Source: Clostridia bacterium
Lineage (GTDB): Bacteria > Bacillota > Clostridia > Christensenellales > CAG-138
Assembly: GCA_017514685.1 (NCBI GenBank)
Contig: JAFWJN010000040.1
Span: forward strand, 5,056-69,055
DNA length: 64,000 nt
Direction of reading: 5' to 3'
Within the stretch, counting starts at the first letter, position 1, and every line of letters starts with the position of its first letter. The translations under genes were made by a program, and so were the position numbers. Below, piece after piece: positions 1-8,174 of the stretch. The notes under the pieces were generated by a model that did not search any database, was not told the origin of the DNA, and saw nothing but the letters and a program-made list of their open reading frames with translations.

Positions 1-278
1 TTTGCAGAATGCCGTTCAAGCGGTTTCTCTGTGGCATCATCTTCAATGCTTTCATTTTTTTACTTCTGCTGTCACAGTACTGTCACATTTCGTCCTTGCA
101 GGATCATTTGAATATCGTTATAATAAAAATAAGGATAATCTATGTTGCTCTATTCATTCACAGAGAGCATTATTCTCTTGAAGAATTGTTCCAGCAAAAA
201 AACAGTAGAATCATAAAATAGCAGCTCTACTGAGAATAGAATCCTTTGTTTTCACTAATTTTAACAGGTTTGATTCAT

Positions 279-890
279 ATGGAAGCTGAACGCATACGAA
301 AAATCGTAGCCGCGCGTCTTTCCGCTTATCGGAAGCGTGCCGGCTTAACTCAGGTGGAACTTGCCGAAAAAGTTAATTATTCCGATAAGTCTGTTTCCAA
401 ATGGGAACGGGGAGACGGTCTTCCGGATCTTCTGGTCCTATGCAAGCTGGCCGAGTTATATGAGATACCGGTCGACGAATTCCTTCATGAAGGACCGTTG
501 AAGCGGCCTGCCAGTGAGCAGCGACGCAGACATTGGCTGATTTTCCTTTTATCCGTCGGCCTGACCTTTCTGATCGCAGGTATAGTTTTTTATATTTTTA
601 CGGTATTATCCATACCGTATGCATGGCTGAGTTTTGTCTGTGCTGTTGTTGTCAGTACGATTCTCGCTGTTATTTTCAGCCATATTTGGGCAAAGACTCT
701 TCTGCAATGTATCTCTGTCAGCGCTCTGGTCTGGTCTCTTGCCGTCCTGATTTATCTTTTACTGTATTTATTTGCGGCGTCTCTTTCCGGGAACGGACTG
801 TTGTTTTCTCTGGCAGGAGGCATGCAGATTCTTGTGCTGCTCTGGTATCTGCTTCAACATTATCGTAAAAAAAACAAGAAAGGAATCTGA
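279..890 (+). CDS. XRE-family HTH transcriptional regulator fused to a C-terminal multi-pass membrane domain
   Basis: HTH_3-like signature LTQVELAEKVNYSDKSVSKWERGDGLPDL at the N-terminus, then about 4 hydrophobic helices. ORF-track start 246 is TTG; the first ATG (279) is preferred. SD is weak, so the start is uncertain. Confidence 0.7.
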   Translation: MEAERIRKIVAARLSAYRKRAGLTQVELAEKVNYSDKSVSKWERGDGLPDLLVLCKLAELYEIPVDEFLHEGPLKRPASEQRRRHWLIFLLSVGLTFLIAGIVFYIFTVLSIPYAWLSFVCAVVVSTILAVIFSHIWAKTLLQCISVSALVWSLAVLIYLLLYLFAASLSGNGLLFSLAGGMQILVLLWYLLQHYRKKNKKGI

Positions 891-896
891 CTGTAT

Positions 897-1646
897 ATGT
901 TCTGTACAAATTGCGGAAGCGCTCTTCCCGAAAAAGGCGCAAAATTCTGTCCGAACTGCGGGGTACGCCTGTTTTCAGCGGAACCGCTTGTTCCTGCTGC
1001 CGAAGCCACGCCCGAACTGCCTTTAGAAGTTCCGGCGAACGAGCCCGTAGAAACAGCTTGCGAAGCTTCCGAAGTATTTGAAAAAGCACCGGAAGAGATC
1101 GAAAAAGTATCCGAAGAACTTCCTGAAGCCTTGGAAGAAGCGGTGGAAACCTTCGAAACCGTTCCGGAAGAACAGCCGGCGGAGGTCATCAGGACGGAGC
1201 CCGAAGAAACGGTTGCAAAGCCTTCTGTTCCCGTTTCAGAGCCCCTCGCCGCTCCGGCTTTGGAATCACCTGCGCCGGATCCCGCTCAGAAAGTTCCGGA
1301 TGAAATACCAGAACCGGTTTCCCCTGAAGCAGAACCTGTAAGAAAGCTTCACTTTACTGCAATTATCTCCATTGTTTTCACAGCCCTGAGCTTCCTGTTC
1401 TTCTTCCTGGCTCTCCTGGCTCTGCTTGTGAACATGCATCCGGTAATCATGATTCTCTCTTCCGTCTGCCTGCTTTGCAATACTCCTTTTGCTTTTGCTT
1501 TCGGAGTTGCGGCTTTTATCGTCGGACTGAAAAAGAAACATCCGGCAACATGGATCATTGGACTTGTTGCCGCAATTCTCGCTATCGTGAGTTTCTTTGC
1601 AGGCTTCGTTACACTCATCACCAGCATCGTATATGCTGCCATCTGA
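897..1646 (+). CDS. Zinc-ribbon membrane protein (CxxC..CxxC N-terminus, acidic Pro/Glu-rich linker, about 4 C-terminal TM helices)
   Basis: MFCTNCGSALPEKGAKFCPNCG motif. Starts 6 nt after the upstream stop, so likely co-transcribed with the XRE-TM regulator. Confidence 0.6.
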   Translation: MFCTNCGSALPEKGAKFCPNCGVRLFSAEPLVPAAEATPELPLEVPANEPVETACEASEVFEKAPEEIEKVSEELPEALEEAVETFETVPEEQPAEVIRTEPEETVAKPSVPVSEPLAAPALESPAPDPAQKVPDEIPEPVSPEAEPVRKLHFTAIISIVFTALSFLFFFLALLALLVNMHPVIMILSSVCLLCNTPFAFAFGVAAFIVGLKKKHPATWIIGLVAAILAIVSFFAGFVTLITSIVYAAI

Positions 1647-1661
1647 AACCCGTTTTTACAG

Positions 1662-1690
1662 CTCCCCCCGTTATTTCGGGGGAGTTTTTC
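1662..1690 (+). terminator. Rho-independent terminator after the zinc-ribbon gene
   Basis: CTCCCCC / GGGGGAG stem followed by TTTTTC. Confidence 0.65.
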
Positions 1691-1698
1691 TATCGAGA

Positions 1699-1730
1699 AA
1701 CCCCATTCAGTTTCTTTTCTGAATGGGGTT
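1699..1730. terminator. 12-bp hairpin between convergent genes (possible terminator of the minus-strand glycosidase gene)
   Basis: AACCCCATTCAG-8 nt-CTGAATGGGGTT. Only a short T run (TTTCTC) on the minus strand. Confidence 0.4.
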
Positions 1731-1770
1731 CATTACAATGATCTTTCTATCCGGTTTTGCAGCGGCTCCG

Positions 1771-2901
1771 TTACCGGACCGTCTCCGTCCCTGCATTTTC
1801 CTGCTGAGATGTGTTATCATGAGGATCGGAAGCCGGTTCTCCGCTGTCTTGTGCCGATTCGGCCATTATGACGGGTTCCGTTATATACAAAATGTCACAG
1901 ATCGAACGGTTCTTTCCCGGATTATTGATGCGGGTTTCGTTCCAGGTCATCTGCGCCGAAACGCCTCCGTCAAGATTATAGGCTGAAACGCATCCAAGGT
2001 CTTTCATTAACTCTGTGAGCTCCTTCAGAGTAAGCCCCACGCTGTATCCTTTCTGCCTTCCATCCACCAGGACGAAGCAGTAATGTCCGGGTTCATAATA
2101 CCCCAGAACCGCTCGGGGATTCTTTCCGTCAATGGAATCCGGGAGATTGTATTTTTTGGGGATAGCGCCGTCTGTATTATACAGAATCGGTCCGAAGTTC
2201 CAAGTCTGCCAGGGTTCTTTTGCGAGAATGGCTTCTTTATTGATTTCCTTTGCCGGAATCATTTCCATCGTGCCATCCTTGTATAAAACGCACATATCAT
2301 ACCGGTACCTTCTGGCATCATAGACCAATTCACCGTCAACCACCGTAAATGCCTTGTCGCCTTTTTCGCAATGATCTCCTGACATGGACAGAATCGCTCC
2401 ATATCTCTGAGCGAGGTCCTTAATCGGTTCATGCGCTTTCCCAAATGCTCCCTGTGACTGACCCCTGCGGAAACTCTCGATGTTCGTAATATAGATATCT
2501 GCGACAAAATACACCAGCGTATTCTTCGTACGCTTATCGTCCGCTACTCTCTTTAATGTAATCGAAACCCTGTCGCTCTTATATTCCGAATCCGTGTAGA
2601 TTACGTTTCCCTGCGAGAAAAACTCTCCGTATGTCCAGGGAAGCAAACCCATTGGCGTTGGAACGGGGCTCGGAGTCGGTGTCGGACTTGGAGTCGGAGT
2701 CGGTGTAGGCGTCGGGGTCGGTGTCGGAATCGGGGTCAGCTCTGCTGTAGGAGGCACCATATTGATTGCTTCAACAACCATGACAGGTGTTTGAGCAGCT
2801 ATTGTCTGACCGGTTGGAAGGACAGTTTCATTTTTCGGCTTCTCAATTGCCGCACAGCCGCAAACAAAGACAACCGTCAGCAAGAAAAAGATCCGTTTCA
2901 T
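1771..2901 (-). CDS. Phosphodiester glycosidase (NAGPA/DUF2233-like) family lipoprotein
   Basis: Internal start MKRIFFLLTVVFVCGC (signal peptide plus lipobox-like Cys) at 2901, a Pro-Thr linker, and a C-terminal AYNLDGGVSAQM-type motif. The longer ORF-track start (3117) would overlap prfB and lacks an SD. Confidence 0.65.
   Translation of the reverse strand: MKRIFFLLTVVFVCGCAAIEKPKNETVLPTGQTIAAQTPVMVVEAINMVPPTAELTPIPTPTPTPTPTPTPSPTPTPSPVPTPMGLLPWTYGEFFSQGNVIYTDSEYKSDRVSITLKRVADDKRTKNTLVYFVADIYITNIESFRRGQSQGAFGKAHEPIKDLAQRYGAILSMSGDHCEKGDKAFTVVDGELVYDARRYRYDMCVLYKDGTMEMIPAKEINKEAILAKEPWQTWNFGPILYNTDGAIPKKYNLPDSIDGKNPRAVLGYYEPGHYCFVLVDGRQKGYSVGLTLKELTELMKDLGCVSAYNLDGGVSAQMTWNETRINNPGKNRSICDILYITEPVIMAESAQDSGEPASDPHDNTSQQENAGTETVR
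2655..2738 (-). repeat. In-frame degenerate hexanucleotide repeat encoding a (Pro-Thr/Ser)n linker
   Basis: GTCGGN-type repeats on the plus strand; translates to PTPTPTPTPTPTPSPTPTPSPVPTP. Confidence 0.8.
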
Positions 2902-2972
2902 TTTTAATCTGTATCGTTTCCTGTCCATTCTGTCCAGCACTGTTATTCTATGCCCTCCAAAGGCGTTTTCCG

Positions 2973-4073
2973 TCAGGACTGAGTTAAATAAGCGGAAATA
3001 AAGTTGTCCAGATTTCCATCCATCACTGACTGGATATTGCCGTTTTCTTCTCCTGTTCTGTGATCTTTTACCAGCGTGTACGGCTGGAACACATAAGAGC
3101 GGATCTGGCTGCCCCATTCAATCTTTTTCATTTCGCCCTTAATGGATGCCATCTGCTCTTCCCTTTCACGCTCCTGCAGTTCCAGCAGCTTTCCTTTCAG
3201 CATTCGCATCGCCATTTCCTTGTTCTGCAACTGGCTGCGCTCATTCTGGCACTGCACTACGATTCCGGTCGCGAGATGCGTGATGCGGATCGCCGAACTG
3301 ACCTTGTTGACATTCTGTCCGCCTGCTCCACCGGAGCGGTATGTATCTACGCGGATATCATCCGGTTCGATTTTGATGGTATCGTTATCATCATCAAAAA
3401 TCGGTGTAACGTCCAAAGAAGAGAACGATGTATGACGCCTTGCCGATGCGTCGAAGGGAGAAATTCGGACCAGACGATGCACGCCCTTTTCCGCCTTCAG
3501 ATATCCGTATGCATTCTCGCCTTCCACTTCAAAGGTTACCGATTTAATGCCTGCGTCATCTCCGTCAAGCAGATCCAGTTCCGTGACCTTCCATCCTTTT
3601 TGATCACAGTAGCGCGTATACATTCGGTACAGCATCTCTGTCCAGTCCTGCGCTTCCGTTCCGCCTGCTCCGGCATGAAGAGACAGCACGGCGTTGCAGT
3701 TATCATACGGACCTTTCAGAAGCATTTCGAGCCGGAGCGCCGCAACCTTTTCATCAAAGTCCTTCAGTTCGCTCTTCAGTTCATCGATCAGGCTCTCGTC
3801 ATTTTCTTCCTCTGCCATCTCGATCAGGGTATCAAGATCTTCGCTCTGGGATTCCAGTTTCCCGAGCCGGTCAAGTTTGCTTTTGATTGTTTTCACGCGG
3901 GCGCTGACTTTATTCGCATTCTCGACATCATTCCAGAAATCAGCCGCCCCCATCTGTTCTTCCAGTTTTTCGCACTCTCTCGTAAGCGCATCCACATTCA
4001 TTTGCTTGTGTGCAAGCGCCAACGTTTCCTTGAGTGCGCCGAGCTGCATTTTATATTCATCTAAAACTACCAT
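2973..4073 (-). CDS. prfB: Peptide chain release factor 2
   Basis: SPF tripeptide (RISPFDA), GGQ motif (GGAGGQNVNK) and full-length colinearity with E. coli RF2. Single uninterrupted frame. Confidence 0.95.
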   Translation of the reverse strand: MVVLDEYKMQLGALKETLALAHKQMNVDALTRECEKLEEQMGAADFWNDVENANKVSARVKTIKSKLDRLGKLESQSEDLDTLIEMAEEENDESLIDELKSELKDFDEKVAALRLEMLLKGPYDNCNAVLSLHAGAGGTEAQDWTEMLYRMYTRYCDQKGWKVTELDLLDGDDAGIKSVTFEVEGENAYGYLKAEKGVHRLVRISPFDASARRHTSFSSLDVTPIFDDDNDTIKIEPDDIRVDTYRSGGAGGQNVNKVSSAIRITHLATGIVVQCQNERSQLQNKEMAMRMLKGKLLELQEREREEQMASIKGEMKKIEWGSQIRSYVFQPYTLVKDHRTGEENGNIQSVMDGNLDNFISAYLTQS

Positions 4074-4397
4074 TTTATGATATACTCCGTTTCTTTTTTC
4101 TTGTTCAGAAGAATTGATTGTTCATAAGTACCGCTTTCCGCGGTACGCCGAAAAGAGCCCCGCGGCGCAGGGAATCTGTCTTTTCTAACGTTTGTACAGC
4201 CCGAACTGTTTCATTTTATTTTCCTTCTTCCGTCAGAATCAGTGTATTATACCATAGCACTATCTGTTCATGCAAGCAGATTCAGCCGCTTCCGAAGAAT
4301 TCCAATCATTTTTGCACCCTTCCGTCTTTTCAGGCGGTTGCAACCATGCCCGATCAATGATATACTTTTTCACAGAACTGTTGGAGGTCGGTAAAGC

Positions 4398-4808
4398 GTG
4401 AATATTCTGGTAATTGACGGTCAGGGCGGCCGTATCGGAAAAGAAGTCATTGAACGCATCAAAGCGGAGAATCTTTCTTGCAGCATAACGGCTGTAGGTA
4501 CCAACACCCTTGCTACTTCCGCCATGCTGAAAGGCGGAGCAGATCAGGCAGCTACCGGAGAGAACGCTGTGGTTGTGAATGCCAGAAGCGCAGATTTGAT
4601 CATAGGACCGATCGCGATTGTGATTGCCGATTCTCTGCTCGGAGAAATCACTCCCAAAATGGCAGTTGCTGTCGGACAGAGTCCCGCCAAGCGGATTCTG
4701 ATTCCGGTAGGGCTCTGCAACAATACGGTGGCAGGCGTTCCTGATTTTTCCGTAAAGGCACTTTTGGGGTCTGTCGTTGAACAGGTAAAAAACTTTCTTG
4801 CCAGCTAA
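4398..4808 (+). CDS. DUF3842 family protein
   Basis: MNILVIDGQGGRIGKEVIERIK... pattern typical of this small Clostridial family. GTG start with GGAGG 10 nt upstream. Confidence 0.65.
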   Translation: MNILVIDGQGGRIGKEVIERIKAENLSCSITAVGTNTLATSAMLKGGADQAATGENAVVVNARSADLIIGPIAIVIADSLLGEITPKMAVAVGQSPAKRILIPVGLCNNTVAGVPDFSVKALLGSVVEQVKNFLAS

Positions 4809-4840
4809 TCAAAAATGCACGGCGGCAGCCGTGCATAATG
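4806..4840. terminator. Bidirectional hairpin terminator between convergent genes
   Basis: ATGCACGGC-GGCA-GCCGTGCAT. Clear T run on the minus strand (TTTTTGATT), weaker on the plus strand. Confidence 0.7.
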
Positions 4841-4895
4841 ATCTTCTGTTCTGTTTCCGGTGCTGCATTCAGTACCGGTTTTTCTGTTTCTGTAA

Positions 4896-5696
4896 TTACC
4901 AGTCCGAATCCCAGTCTGTTCCGCCGGAATCCCAGCTGTCATAGTCTGAAGAGCTGGAAGAGTTGCTCTCCTGCAGTGCTTCATACGTGGAAGAATCCTG
5001 GAAATTGCTGATGCCCCAGTCGGATTCATAATCAGTTCCGATGCTGTAATCCTGATATTCGGACACCGGTGCGTCTCCCGGATACCAGTATCCCGCATCA
5101 TTATCCGTATAGGTATAATACCAGTTATCTCCATAATGATAATAGACCGTACTGTCATCGAACTGATAGTATCCGTCATTTTTATGTCTGAGCCTGCTGA
5201 TCCCGCACATGACGGAAGAGAACGCAACGACAAAAGCCAGATAAATCAAAACGAAACGGAGAGCACCTTTGCCTCCTTTTTTTGTGTTGCCTGAACCTTT
5301 ACTTGGAGCTCCATCCGGATAGATTCCCCGGTTATGGCACTCATCCAGAAGTTTTAAAAACAGTTCGTTGACCGCATACTTCTCATCTGGTCCGCGGTAG
5401 CGGATCGCACGGGATCCGTCGGACTTGTTCTTATAAACAATAAACTCGTCCCCTTCGCGATAGATTCCGAACGCTTTCGGTTCCCTGAAATCTTCTCCGA
5501 TGAAGAAGCGCATTCGCAAAAGAGGCATGCCGCGCTGTGCGCAGTATTCCTTCAGTTCCTCAATTGTCTTCGGCAGAAAAATCTGCCGCTCTGTCGGTTC
5601 CACATAATTCGGATTCGGAGCCCCGCAGCTCGGGCATTTCTGATCTTCCGAACTGATGGTTGAACCGCAGTACTGGCATTTTCCAGTTGACGCCAT
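4896..5696 (-). CDS. Zinc-ribbon membrane protein with Asp/Ser/Trp/Tyr-rich C-terminal tail
   Basis: CQYCGSTISSEDQKCPSCG motif, one TM helix (LRFVLIYLAFVVAFSSVMCGI), tail ...DYDSWDSGGTDWDSDW. AAGGAGG SD present. Confidence 0.55.
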   Translation of the reverse strand: MASTGKCQYCGSTISSEDQKCPSCGAPNPNYVEPTERQIFLPKTIEELKEYCAQRGMPLLRMRFFIGEDFREPKAFGIYREGDEFIVYKNKSDGSRAIRYRGPDEKYAVNELFLKLLDECHNRGIYPDGAPSKGSGNTKKGGKGALRFVLIYLAFVVAFSSVMCGISRLRHKNDGYYQFDDSTVYYHYGDNWYYTYTDNDAGYWYPGDAPVSEYQDYSIGTDYESDWGISNFQDSSTYEALQESNSSSSSDYDSWDSGGTDWDSDW

Positions 5697-5843
5697 AACG
5701 TTCCTCCTTTTTCAGATGCATCTGCAGAGTCGATTCATTATAGAGAATTTGTGAAAAAAAAGTCAAGTCCGTCAATCATTTCTATTCTTTTTTGTGGCTA
5801 TCTAAAAAATTTTTGCTTGCGCTAAATAAATTTTATTTTACAG

Positions 5844-5872
5844 TTGCTTTTCATTTGAAAATGTTCTACAAT
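5844..5872 (+). promoter_or_regulatory. Sigma-A type promoter of serC-serA
   Basis: TTGCTT-17 nt-TACAAT, about 55 nt upstream of the serC ATG. Confidence 0.5.
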
Positions 5873-5928
5873 ACAAGTAAAGAGGGGGTATCCCTTCCAA
5901 TAATCAGCAATAATAAAGGAGATTGGGA

Positions 5929-7017
5929 ATGAAATACGATCGTGTATACAACTTTTCAGCCGGTCCGGCAACAATGCCTGTAGAAGTTCTCGAAGAAGTC
6001 GCTGCGGAAGTATTGAACTATCGTGGAAGCGGTATGAGCGTTATGGAAATGTCGCATCGTTCGAAAGTTTATCAGCAGATCATTGATGAAGCGGAAGCTG
6101 ATTTAAGAAAGCTGATGCATATTCCCGAGAACTACAAGGTTCTGTTCATTCAGGGCGGTGCAACCCTTCAGTTCTCGGCAATTCCCCTGAACCTTTGCAG
6201 AAACGGCGTATTCGATTATATCGTAACCGGTGCATGGTCCAAGAAAGCAGCAACCGAAGCGAAAAAGTACGGCAAAGTCAATATCATTGCCAGCAGTGAA
6301 GACCGCAATTACAGTTATATCCCCGATTGTTCGGATCTTCCGATCGATGAGGATGCCGACTATGTCTACATCTGTGAAAACGAAACCATCCATGGAACGA
6401 CTTACCCTGTCCTTCCGAACACCAAAGGAAAGATCCTCGTTTCCGATCAGTCCAGCATGTTCCTCAGCAAGCCCTGCAATGTTTCCGACTATGGCCTGAT
6501 TTATGGCGGCGTACAGAAAAACGTCGGTCCTGCCGGTCTCGCTGTTGTAATCATCCGGGAAGATCTGATCCGTGACGATATTGATCCGAAAACTCCGATT
6601 TATTTAAGATATGACACGCATGCGAACAATGGTTCCATGTACAACACTCCGAACTGCTGGGCGATTTATGTCTGCGGCAAGGTATTCAAGTATCTGCTCA
6701 AATACGGCGGACTGGAAGCCATGGCCAAGCGGAACGAGGAAAAGGCGAAAGTCATGTATGACTTCCTTGATTCTTCGAAGATGTTCCATGGAACCGTTGA
6801 CAAGAAGGACCGTTCCCTCATGAACATCCCCTTCGTGACCGGGGACAAGGAAAAGGATGCCGCAGTTGTCGCAGCTACCAAGGCCGCAGGTTTTGACAAC
6901 CTCAAAGGTCATAAGAGCGTCGGCGGTCTCCGCGCTTCCATTTATAATGCGATGCCCAAGGAAGGCGTCGAAGCGCTTGTCGAGTTCCTGACCAAATATG
7001 AAGCTGAAAACGCATAA
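5929..7017 (+). CDS. serC: Phosphoserine aminotransferase
   Basis: YNFSAGPATMP N-terminus, full-length SerC-like sequence. ATG at 5929 has AAGGAG 8 nt upstream (track start 5923 is TTG). Confidence 0.93.
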   Translation: MKYDRVYNFSAGPATMPVEVLEEVAAEVLNYRGSGMSVMEMSHRSKVYQQIIDEAEADLRKLMHIPENYKVLFIQGGATLQFSAIPLNLCRNGVFDYIVTGAWSKKAATEAKKYGKVNIIASSEDRNYSYIPDCSDLPIDEDADYVYICENETIHGTTYPVLPNTKGKILVSDQSSMFLSKPCNVSDYGLIYGGVQKNVGPAGLAVVIIREDLIRDDIDPKTPIYLRYDTHANNGSMYNTPNCWAIYVCGKVFKYLLKYGGLEAMAKRNEEKAKVMYDFLDSSKMFHGTVDKKDRSLMNIPFVTGDKEKDAAVVAATKAAGFDNLKGHKSVGGLRASIYNAMPKEGVEALVEFLTKYEAENA

Positions 7018-7031
7018 GGAGGATTGATCGC

Positions 7032-7952
7032 ATGGTACGAATTCTCGCATCTGACGGAATGGATAAGAGCGCGGTTGCCGCTCTGGAAGCAAAAGGCTGT
7101 GTTGTCGATCAGCAGTTCTATGATCCCGAAGCTTTGAAGGAAGCCGTAAAGCAGTATGATGTTCTGGTTGTACGCTCCGCAACCAAGGTGCGTGTTCCGC
7201 ATATCGATGCGGCAAAAGAAGCCGGAAAACTGCAGCTGATTATCCGCGGCGGTGTCGGTGTAGACAACATCGATGTCAAATATGCCGAGGAAAACGGAAT
7301 CAAAGTCCGCAACACCCCCGCGGCAAGTTCTCAGTCTGTCGCAGAGCTTGCTCTTGGACATATGTTTGCCTGTGCCCGTTTCCTCTCCATTGCAGGTCAT
7401 ACAATGCGTGAAGATAAATGGGAAAAGAAGGCCTATGGAAAAGGCATTGAACTTCAGGGCAGAACGCTCGGCATCATAGGCTTCGGCCGGATCGGTCAGC
7501 ATCTCGGCGTCATGGCCAAGGCTATCGGCATGAATGTCATTGCTTACGATATCTATCACATCGAAGGAATCGAGGAAAAACTCGGCATCCGTTATGTTGA
7601 GATGGATGAACTTCTGGAAAAATCCGATTTCATCAGCGTGCATGCTCCTGCCGTCGACGGAGGCGCGATTATCAACACCGATACGATTGCAAAGATGAAA
7701 GACGGTGTTTGCATCATCAACACCTCACGCGGTAAGAATCTGGACGAAGATGCTCTCCTTGCAGGGCTTGAATCCGGAAAGATCCGTGCTGCCGGACTTG
7801 ATGTCTGGGCCAGTGAACCTTCTTCGAATCACGCTTTGTACTCTCACCCGATGGTTTCCTGCACACCGCACATCGGTGCCGCAACAAGCGAAGCCCAGAA
7901 ACGTATCGGCGGGGAAATCGTCGACATCATTACAAAGCATTTCAATCTCTAA
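7032..7952 (+). CDS. serA: D-3-phosphoglycerate dehydrogenase, short form lacking an ACT domain (D-2-hydroxyacid dehydrogenase family)
   Basis: GFGRIGQ NAD-binding motif, 2-hydroxyacid dehydrogenase core, position directly downstream of serC, AAGGAGG SD. Confidence 0.82.
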   Translation: MVRILASDGMDKSAVAALEAKGCVVDQQFYDPEALKEAVKQYDVLVVRSATKVRVPHIDAAKEAGKLQLIIRGGVGVDNIDVKYAEENGIKVRNTPAASSQSVAELALGHMFACARFLSIAGHTMREDKWEKKAYGKGIELQGRTLGIIGFGRIGQHLGVMAKAIGMNVIAYDIYHIEGIEEKLGIRYVEMDELLEKSDFISVHAPAVDGGAIINTDTIAKMKDGVCIINTSRGKNLDEDALLAGLESGKIRAAGLDVWASEPSSNHALYSHPMVSCTPHIGAATSEAQKRIGGEIVDIITKHFNL

Positions 7953-7973
7953 TCAACCAACCCAATCTGACTG

Positions 7974-8004
7974 CAGGCTGCTTTCCAGGCAGCCTGCTTT
8001 TCCT
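7974..8004 (+). terminator. Rho-independent terminator after serA
   Basis: GCAGGCTGC-TTTCCAG-GCAGCCTGC followed by TTTTCC. Confidence 0.75.
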
Positions 8005-8104
8005 ATCCGCCGGGCTTGTTCATAATGCCGTGCAGGCCTTCCAGACGGCAGTATTTGCGCCTGCTAAATAATTTTTATTTGCATCAAAAATCTTTTTGAA
8101 ATCG

Positions 8105-8132
8105 TTGACTTATTTTCTGATTGTGATATGAT
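8105..8132 (+). promoter_or_regulatory. Candidate gdhA promoter
   Basis: TTGACT-16 nt-TATGAT. Confidence 0.45.
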
Positions 8133-8174
8133 GATTGTGGTAGCAAACCATATTTTTAATATATTGGAGGAACT

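Noticed and set aside
1-221. 70-aa plus-strand ORF 9-221. Also a possible minus-strand gene start at nt 55 (MKALKMMPQRNRLNGILQ..., leaving the window) and a direct repeat CTGTCACA-GTA-CTGTCACA at 69-87.
   Set aside because: The plus ORF is AT-rich, hydrophobic or low-complexity, and has no SD. The minus-strand start shows only 18 codons, so it cannot be supported. The 8-bp direct repeat is too short to distinguish from chance, although it could be an operator.
2902-3117. N-terminal extensions given by the ORF track. Examples: 1771-3117, 14670-15959, 23469-, 27330-, 28627-, 31554-32888, 34943-37225, 40653-41963, 41908-43212, 43146-.
   Set aside because: The extensions overlap upstream genes or terminators and lack SD sequences. 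Internal ATG/GTG codons with AGGAGG-type SDs give N-termini that match signal peptides or family N-termini, so the shorter coordinates were used.
3060-4064. Long antisense ORFs opposite well-supported genes. Examples: 3060-4064 opposite prfB, 6942-7643 opposite serA, 13106-13756 opposite DAHP synthase, 20464-21300 opposite the aminopeptidase, 22003-23058 opposite proS, 37701-38492 opposite the hydrolase, 42536-43291 opposite the zinc-ribbon gene, and 51793-52815 opposite copA.
   Set aside because: The opposite strand carries unmistakable family motifs in each case. The antisense translations are low-complexity (Ser/Arg/Cys/Phe-rich), lack SD sequences and show no recognisable motifs. Such ORFs are the expected by-product of codon bias.
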